A stretch of 64,000 nt of DNA from an uncultured Gemmatimonadales bacterium. Its GTDB lineage: Bacteria; Gemmatimonadota; Gemmatimonadetes; Gemmatimonadales; GWC2-71-9. A program made the translations under genes and the position numbers. A model generated the notes under the pieces. It searched no databases and was not told the DNA's origin. It saw nothing but the letters and a program-made list of their open reading frames with translations. How positions within the stretch are numbered: position 1 is the stretch's first letter; every line of letters begins with the position of its first letter. Of this stretch, positions 58,060 to 64,000 are shown in pieces. The stretch lies in NCBI GenBank assembly GCA_963830455.1, contig CAWHMT010000002.1, positions 879,569-943,568 on the forward strand. Direction: 5' to 3'.

Positions 58060-58415
58060 TCGCCGGCTTGGGCCGGTTCCGGCGCCGCCCAGGCGCGCGT
58101 CAGCGATTCTTCCAGGCGCCGCCGCAGGCCCTGATACAGCCTGAGCAACCGGCGGCATTCCTCGGTGAGCGTGGTCGCGCCGCCACCCGGTCCACCCGCG
58201 CGCGATACCACGACGGGTCGGCCGAGGGCCTGCTCCATCTGCTGGATCGCGCTCCACGCCGTGCGGTAGCTGATGCCCGCCTCTGCGGCGGCGTCCTTGA
58301 TCGATCGAACGCGATCCACCGCGTCGAGGAGCCGTGCTTCCCGTTCTCCGATCACTGACGAACCATTCTTTGTGAGCGTCACTTGCGCTCGCGGAGATAA
58401 ATCAGGGAACTGCAT
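58056..58415 (-). CDS. modE: ModE-family winged-helix regulator (DNA-binding domain only)
   Basis: 'IG....RLL.AVD...SI..AA...GISYRTAW..I..ME..LG..VV....GG..GG.T.LT'. Confidence 0.82.
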   Translation of the reverse strand: MQFPDLSPRAQVTLTKNGSSVIGEREARLLDAVDRVRSIKDAAAEAGISYRTAWSAIQQMEQALGRPVVVSRAGGPGGGATTLTEECRRLLRLYQGLRRRLEESLTRAWAAPEPAQAGD

Positions 58416-58571
58416 ACAACCGCCTTGATCGTGTGAGTTCTTCCCTTGCGGTATGCCCCAGCGGTGGATTCGTTCCAATCCATCTTTTCCTGTGGCGGCG
58501 CGGCCTTAGTTCTACACGCACCGACGCGAACCTACCCCTACGAGGTTCGTGACTCTATTTTCGTCCGGCGG

Positions 58572-58644
58572 GGGGCGGTAGCTCAGTTGGGAGAGCACCT
58601 GGTTTGCAACCAGGGGGTCGTGGGTTCGAATCCCATCCGCTCCA
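58572..58644 (+). tRNA. tRNA-Ala(UGC), CCA not encoded
   Basis: Acceptor GGGGCGG/CCGCTCC with G3:U70, D-arm TAGCTCAGTTGGGAGAGC, anticodon arm CCTGG-TTTGCAA-CCAGG, T-loop GGTTCGAATCC. Confidence 0.96.
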
Positions 58645-58663
58645 TACCTGCTTCGGAGAACCC

Positions 58664-59275
58664 ATGGTGATCGGACTTTTGCTGCCCGCCGTCATGCTGG
58701 CCCAGAATCCACCGCCGGCCGCCCCTCCTCCGCCGCCGTTGCGCATCGCGGCCAGCAGCTTTGCCACGGTCGAGGTCCATCTCAACTCGCGACGCATCGG
58801 GGACGCGTGGTACGAAGAGGATGCCAGCCTCACGGGGCCGTCGCGCATTGCCATCAGTTATGGCCAGCCGCACGCGCGCGGCCGCAAAGTCGAGGGCGGG
58901 CTCATTCCGCTCGATACGGTGTGGCGGTTCGGGGCGAACGCCGCGACCACGCTGCACACCGACCTCGACATGAGCCTCGGCGACGTCAAACTCCCGCGCG
59001 GGGACTACTCGCTCTTCATTCTGTACACGCGGTCGGGGTACGCATTGATCGTGAATCGCGGCACGGGGCAGTGGGGGACCGATCGCGATCCGGCGAAAGA
59101 CATCGGGCGCGTGGCGCTCACCAGCCGCACCATGGCGGAGCCCGAGCCGTCGTTGTCGATTTATCTCGTCCCGGAAGCGCCGCAGCCAGGGACCGGCTAT
59201 GCCGAGCTGCGCGGCACGTTACGCATCACGTGGGGCACGACCGAATTGACGACCGGCTGGCGCGTGGATCAGTGA
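58664..59275 (+). CDS. DUF2911 family secreted protein
   Basis: 'ISYGQP.ARGR', 'VWRFGAN.AT', 'G.YSLF', 'GQWG', 'ITWG'. Confidence 0.82.
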   Translation: MVIGLLLPAVMLAQNPPPAAPPPPPLRIAASSFATVEVHLNSRRIGDAWYEEDASLTGPSRIAISYGQPHARGRKVEGGLIPLDTVWRFGANAATTLHTDLDMSLGDVKLPRGDYSLFILYTRSGYALIVNRGTGQWGTDRDPAKDIGRVALTSRTMAEPEPSLSIYLVPEAPQPGTGYAELRGTLRITWGTTELTTGWRVDQ

Positions 59276-59799
59276 TGGCGACCGACGAGCGATATCCGAT
59301 CGGGAAGTTCACCCCGGTACAGACGCTCACGCCGGCCGAGCGCAGTGCCCGGATCGAGGAAGTTGCGGCGGCACCGGCGAACTTCCGCCGCGCGGTCGCG
59401 GGGCTGAACGACGGGCAGCTCGACACGCCCTACCGCCCCGGTGGTTGGACGGTGCGGCAGGTCGCCCATCACCTCCCCGACAGCCACATGAACGCGTACA
59501 TGCGCTTCAAGTGGGGGCTCACCGAGGACACGCCCGCGATCAAGACATACGAAGAAAAAGACTGGGCCCAAACGCCCGAGACGCGCGCGCCGATCGCATT
59601 CTCGCTCGATCTGCTGACCTCGCTGCACGCGCGCTGGGTCACGCTGCTGCGTGGCATGGGTCCAGGAGATTACGCGAGGACGATCCAGCATCCCGAGTGG
59701 GGACTGCCGTCGCTCGATACGCTGCTCGCCCTCTACGCGTGGCACGGCCGTCATCATACGGCGCATGTCACGTCGCTGCGCGAGCGGATGGGCTGGTGA
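59275..59799 (+). CDS. YfiT/BstA family DinB-like thiol transferase
   Basis: 'RYPIG.F', 'LDTPYRPGGWTVRQV.HHLPDSH.NAY.RFK..LTE', 'YAWHG.HH.AH'. Confidence 0.9.
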   Translation: MATDERYPIGKFTPVQTLTPAERSARIEEVAAAPANFRRAVAGLNDGQLDTPYRPGGWTVRQVAHHLPDSHMNAYMRFKWGLTEDTPAIKTYEEKDWAQTPETRAPIAFSLDLLTSLHARWVTLLRGMGPGDYARTIQHPEWGLPSLDTLLALYAWHGRHHTAHVTSLRERMGW

Positions 59800-59802
59800 C
59801 GG

Positions 59803-60048
59803 ATGGTCGATTTCGGGTTCGATGATCTCGATGAGGAATTCCCGCTCGGCGACGGGACGGCGGATACCGAGGGCATCGTCGTGTGTCCCTATTGCGGCGA
59901 GCCGAACGAAGTCGGCATCGACGCGGGCGGGGGATCGTCTCAGGACTACGTGGAAGACTGTCAGGTGTGCTGCCGGCCCTGGCGCGTAACCGTCGTCTAC
60001 GACGACGAAGGCAATGCCCGAATCTCAGCCTCACCGCTCGACGAATGA
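59803..60048 (+). CDS. CPXCG-motif cysteine-rich protein
   Basis: 'CPYCGE', 'QDYVEDCQVCCRP'. Confidence 0.88.
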   Translation: MVDFGFDDLDEEFPLGDGTADTEGIVVCPYCGEPNEVGIDAGGGSSQDYVEDCQVCCRPWRVTVVYDDEGNARISASPLDE

Positions 60049-60131
60049 CTCATTCCTAAGAGTTAGGTCCATCGGTGCTGACCCTTCCGACGCGGCGTAG
60101 TTACTGTCACGACGTCCCAACAACGACGTTC

Positions 60132-60494
60132 ATGCGCTCCATACTACTCATCGACGACGACGCGGACGTGCGCAGAACGCTGCGCGCATTTCTCACGAGG
60201 GAAGGGTTTCTCGTCCACGCCGCTCGTGATGGCCAGCACGCGCTCAACATCCTCGAGCGCATCCTGCAGCCGGATCTCATTCTGCTCGACTACAAAATGC
60301 CGGTCATGGACGGGAAACAGTTCCTGTCTCTGATGCGGCGGATCCCCAGGCACCAGAACATTCCCGTCGTGCTGCTGTCCGCCGCGACGCGGGAATGGTC
60401 CGGTGCGTATCTCGAGGTCGAGGAGGTACTGAGTAAACCCGTCGACCTCGACTTCCTGCTCGATCGGGTCAGCCGGATCCTGACCGAGTCATAA
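60132..60494 (+). CDS. Stand-alone response regulator receiver
   Basis: 'LIDDD', '[14 protein letters not shown]', 'LSA', 'SKP'. Confidence 0.88.
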   Translation: MRSILLIDDDADVRRTLRAFLTREGFLVHAARDGQHALNILERILQPDLILLDYKMPVMDGKQFLSLMRRIPRHQNIPVVLLSAATREWSGAYLEVEEVLSKPVDLDFLLDRVSRILTES

Positions 60495-61148
60495 CGCGGC
60501 TTCGTAGCGCCGCGCCACCTCCGGCCAGTTCACGACGTTCCACCAGGCCGTCACGTAGTCCGCGCGCCGGTTCTGGTACTTGAGGTAGTAGGCGTGCTCC
60601 CACACGTCCACGCCGAGGATCGGCGTCTTGCCGTCCATCAGCGGGCTGTCCTGGTTGGGCCGACCCGCGATTTCGAGTTTGCCGTTCGCAACCGTCAACC
60701 AGCCCCAGCCGCTGCCGAATTGTGAGACGGCCGCGGTCTGGAGTTGCTCTTTGAGCTTCGGGAAGTCGCCAAACACCCGTTTGATCGCGTCGGCGAGCGC
60801 ACCGGCCGGCTCGCCCCCGCCGCCGCTTCCCGCCGGCGCCATGATCGTCCAGAACAGCGAGTGGTTGTAATGGCCGCCGCCGTTGTTGCGGATGGTGGTG
60901 CGAATGTCTTCCGGAATGGTGTGAATGTCGCGAAGCAGGTCTTCCACGCTCTTGTCGCCAAGCTCGGGATGTTTGGCGAGCGCCGTATTGAGATTGGTGA
61001 TGTAGGTCTGATGGTGCTTGCCGTGATGGATTTGCATCGTCTGGGCGTCGATGTGGGGCTCGAGCGCCGCGAAATCGTAGGGCAGCCGCGGCAATGAGTG
61101 CTTGGTGTCGCCCGTCGTGTGGCTTGCCTGTTCTCGTACCTGTGTCAT
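60489..61148 (-). CDS. sodA: Superoxide dismutase, Mn-type signature
   Basis: 'LPY...ALEPHID', 'HHGKHH', '[13 protein letters not shown]', 'FGSGWGWL', 'NQD', 'DVWEHAYY'. Confidence 0.95.
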   Translation of the reverse strand: MTQVREQASHTTGDTKHSLPRLPYDFAALEPHIDAQTMQIHHGKHHQTYITNLNTALAKHPELGDKSVEDLLRDIHTIPEDIRTTIRNNGGGHYNHSLFWTIMAPAGSGGGGEPAGALADAIKRVFGDFPKLKEQLQTAAVSQFGSGWGWLTVANGKLEIAGRPNQDSPLMDGKTPILGVDVWEHAYYLKYQNRRADYVTAWWNVVNWPEVARRYEAAL

Positions 61149-61260
61149 GGGGTCTGCTTCCGTCTGAAGGTGCATCTCAAACCCCGGATTGCGCGGGCTG
61201 GTTCCTCCCCTATTTTGCTCCGCGAAACGTGCTATCCTCTCCCAACCTCCGGAGGCGCCC

Positions 61261-61953
61261 GTGGCGGAGTTCCTGCTTCGGTGGCTGCACTTCCTGGCCG
61301 GCATTACGTGGATCGGTCTCCTGTATTACTTCAATTTCGTGCAGGGTCCATTCATGGCCGAAGCGGACCCCGCGACCAAGAGTGCCGCGACGCAGAAGCT
61401 GGTCCCGCGCGCGCTCGCCTGGTTCCGGTGGTCGGCGCTCGTCACGTTCCTGACCGGCGCGGCAATCATCGGCGACCGTATCGGCCGGACCCCGGAGGGC
61501 ACATCAGCGTGGTCGTCGCCTTGGGCGATCACCATTCTGACTGGCGCGCTGTTCGGCACGGTGATGCTGATCAACGTGTGGGGCGTGATCTGGCGGAATC
61601 AGAAAGTGGTGATCGCGTCGGCCAAGGCGGCCGCCTCAGGCGGCCAGGCCAACGCGGCCGTGCCGGCCCTCGCGCGCCGAGCCTTCCTCGCCTCGCGCAC
61701 GAACGTGGTATTCTCGATCCCGATGCTGTTCTACATGGGCGCGGCGTCCCACAACACGCTGCCCGCGGGCGGCAACCAGGCCGCCTATTGGGGCAGTGTC
61801 ATCGTGCTCGTCGCGCTCGTCGAGATCAACGCGCTCACCGCGACCACCGGGGTCACCACCAAGCCGATCGAGAAAATCTCCGGGGTGATCGTTACGGGAT
61901 TCGTCGTGTGGGCGATCGCGTACGCGCTGGCGCGGGCCTTCCTATCGGCCTGA
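61261..61953 (+). CDS. PuuD/urate hydroxylase-like membrane protein (no cytochrome c domain)
   Basis: '[19 protein letters not shown]', 'WFRWSA', 'NVWGVIW.NQK', 'SRTN...SIPML.YM'. Confidence 0.78.
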   Translation: MAEFLLRWLHFLAGITWIGLLYYFNFVQGPFMAEADPATKSAATQKLVPRALAWFRWSALVTFLTGAAIIGDRIGRTPEGTSAWSSPWAITILTGALFGTVMLINVWGVIWRNQKVVIASAKAAASGGQANAAVPALARRAFLASRTNVVFSIPMLFYMGAASHNTLPAGGNQAAYWGSVIVLVALVEINALTATTGVTTKPIEKISGVIVTGFVVWAIAYALARAFLSA

Positions 61954-61965
61954 CGGCATAACCGG

Positions 61966-63036
61966 ATGGCGTCGGTCACGGTCCGCCGGCTGAGCAAGGT
62001 TTTCGACGGCGGCATTCAGGCGTTGCAGCAGCTGGACCTCGACGTGCCGGACGGCGAGCTGCTCGTGTTGCTGGGGCCGTCGGGGTCCGGAAAGACCACG
62101 GTGCTGCGCTGCATCGCCGGCCTCGAGGAGCCGACCAGCGGCGACATCGTCATCGGCGAGCGCGTCGTCACGTCCGTCGCGCCGGCCGAGCGCGACGTGG
62201 CGATGGTGTTTCAAACGCCTGCGTTGTACCCCCACCTCACAGTCCGCGAGAACATCGCATTCCCGCTCGAGATCCGCGGCGTGGCCAGGGCGCAAGTGGC
62301 GCGGCGGGTCGTCGAGGCGGCGACGCGACTGGGGTTGGCGACCGCGCTCGACCGCGTCCCTGAGCAGCTCTCGGAGGGTGAGCGCCAGCGCGCGGCCCTG
62401 GCGCGCGCGATTGTGCGCGGGCCGCAGGCCTTTCTGCTCGACGAGCCGCTGTCGCGCCTCGATGCCAAGCTGCGCCTCGAGCTGCGCGCCGAGCTGCTGG
62501 CGCTCCACCGGGCCCTGGGCGCCACGATGATTTACGTGACGCACGATCAGACCGAAGCCATGACGATGGGTCAACGCATCGCCGTGCTCTACGAGGGACG
62601 GCTGCGGCAGGTGGGAACTCCCGAGGAGGTCTATCAACGGCCGGCCGACGTGCATGTCGCGCGCTTCGTCGGCACTCCCGGCATGAACATCCTGCAGGGA
62701 CGGGGACGAGGGACGGAGAACGAAGGGGGACGGGTGATCGAGGTCGGAAGCCTCCTGGTCCCGATCGAGCTGTCGACCTACGAAGGGGAGCTGCAGCTGG
62801 GCGTCCGACCCGAGTACGTCGGACTGTGCGCCGTGGACAAAGGCGTCGGGAATGCCGACGTCCTGGTCGTCGAACCGCTCGGCAGTGAGACCCTCGTTCA
62901 CCTGAACGCCGGCGGACAGCCACTGGTCGCGCGTCTCGCGGGTTTCGCGGACGTACGGGTGGGCACACGCGTGGGCGTAAAAATCGATCGGCGCAAGCTG
63001 TACCTGTTCGACGCGGCGGGAGCACCCGTCACGTGA
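61966..63036 (+). CDS. Sugar ABC transporter ATP-binding protein (MalK/UgpC-like)
   Basis: 'GPSGSGKTT', 'MVFQ..ALYPHLTV', 'LSEGERQR', 'LLDEPLS.LD', 'YVTHDQ.EAM', TOBE domain. Confidence 0.92.
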   Translation: MASVTVRRLSKVFDGGIQALQQLDLDVPDGELLVLLGPSGSGKTTVLRCIAGLEEPTSGDIVIGERVVTSVAPAERDVAMVFQTPALYPHLTVRENIAFPLEIRGVARAQVARRVVEAATRLGLATALDRVPEQLSEGERQRAALARAIVRGPQAFLLDEPLSRLDAKLRLELRAELLALHRALGATMIYVTHDQTEAMTMGQRIAVLYEGRLRQVGTPEEVYQRPADVHVARFVGTPGMNILQGRGRGTENEGGRVIEVGSLLVPIELSTYEGELQLGVRPEYVGLCAVDKGVGNADVLVVEPLGSETLVHLNAGGQPLVARLAGFADVRVGTRVGVKIDRRKLYLFDAAGAPVT

Positions 63037-64000
63037 GCAGTCGGCGCTGGGCGGTCGGTGCCACAGCGGCGGCCGCTGTTGCGGTGGCGCTGGCACTCGT
63101 GGTGGTGCATGTGGCGCAGCGGCACTACGAGCGTGCGTTCGCTGTACGCATGGCGGGTACGACTGCCGTCTTCATCGCCGCGGTAACGCCGCCGCCGCCA
63201 CCCCCGCCGCCACCGCCACCACCGCCGCGAGCACCCCGGCCTTCGCGCGGGGGGAGAACGCCCGCCCGCCGGCGGCCAACTCCTCCGCCCCCGCCCCCCC
63301 CGCCTCCGCCTCAGCCACCCCCGCCACCGGTGACGGCCGCTGCTCGCAGCTACCACCTGCCCTCGCTGCTGACACAGGCCAAAGCACTGCGCACGATGCC
63401 GGGATGGTCGTCGGATGTGGAGGTCTACTTCGGCACGGCTCCATTGGTGGACGCCACGGCGGCGCCCCTTTCTCCGGACGACCTGAATCGTCTGGAGAGC
63501 ACGGGCACGCAGTGGCGCGATCGAGTGGCGCTCGTTCCCCTCAGGGGCCGGGACTCCGGCGAGGTCGTGGGCGCCGTCGCGGTGCGGCCTCGACCAATGC
63601 CCCACGGCCCGCTCCCGGGCGGACTAGGCTTTGCGTTCCCCGCCGCAATTATTGCCGTTGGCGCAGCCGCGGCGAGTGCGTTCCGCGAGCGCTCGTTCAG
63701 CCGTGGCCGCTACGTCGGCGCCGCGCTGCTGTTCGCGCTTGCCTGTTACATCGATGTGCGCACCGCTGCGAGACAAAGCACGGACCGCTGGCTGGTCGAC
63801 ACCCGCCGCTTGCTCCAGGATGCGGCGACGCGTTTGCCGGCACCGCGCACGCGCGTTGCGGTGAGCGATTTGGCCGCGCTGGTGCGGGATGCGGATGGGG
63901 AGGTCGTTGTCGGCGAGCCGGCGGAATCCGCCCCGCGGCGCGAGCACATCGACGGCTCCCGGCGGGCGGTTGTCGGCGTGCTGATCGGTTCGGGCCGTTG
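63033..64000 (+). CDS. Membrane protein with long polyproline tracts, 3'-truncated by window edge (absent from ORF track)
   Basis: GTGA overlap with the ATPase stop; hand translation gives MSSRRWAVGA, a TM helix, P13, P10QP5, further TM helices, and no stop. Confidence 0.75.
   Translation, partial: MSSRRWAVGATAAAAVAVALALVVVHVAQRHYERAFAVRMAGTTAVFIAAVTPPPPPPPPPPPPPRAPRPSRGGRTPARRRPTPPPPPPPPPPQPPPPPVTAAARSYHLPSLLTQAKALRTMPGWSSDVEVYFGTAPLVDATAAPLSPDDLNRLESTGTQWRDRVALVPLRGRDSGEVVGAVAVRPRPMPHGPLPGGLGFAFPAAIIAVGAAAASAFRERSFSRGRYVGAALLFALACYIDVRTAARQSTDRWLVDTRRLLQDAATRLPAPRTRVAVSDLAALVRDADGEVVVGEPAESAPRREHIDGSRRAVVGVLIGSGR

Noticed and set aside
58572-58644. tRNA as an integration site for an island or prophage
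   Set aside because: No integrase, no duplicated tRNA 3' end seen, and flanking genes look chromosomal.

Overview
High-GC bacterial chromosomal window, densely coding (~60 CDS and one tRNA-Ala). Gene content and order look like Gemmatimonadota (inference only). No rRNA, CRISPR array, transposase or prophage is visible. Main blocks: (1) ABC/MFS transporters and a tandem pseudokinase-kinase (0-10 kb); (2) a ~20 kb cluster of sugar and amino-acid catabolic families (SIS isomerase, GH38, Dpp-type ABC, GHMP kinase, heparinase II/III-like lyase, class III aminotransferase, amidohydrolase pair, DHDPS-like, FAD oxidase, OSBS/NAAAR); (3) a complete alternative complex III (actA-F) followed by two blue-copper lipoproteins; (4) a VIT-vWA / ECF sigma / zinc anti-sigma operon ending in a free-standing paralog of the anti-sigma sensor domain; (5) a cupredoxin, a phosphodiesterase and a PHM-like copper monooxygenase converging on a four-gene sphingolipid operon (Spt, bCerS-like GNAT, reductase, AUR1-like PAP2); (6) a heavily frameshifted M6 metalloprotease, ModE, tRNA-Ala, Mn-SOD and a sugar ABC ATPase. 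Two patterns cut across the window: apparent non-canonical start codons (GTA/CTG) at -4 stop/start overlaps, and short repeats or a REP palindrome inserted in frame inside coding sequences. Several frameshifts may be assembly errors. All product calls come from motifs recognised by eye; no database search was run.
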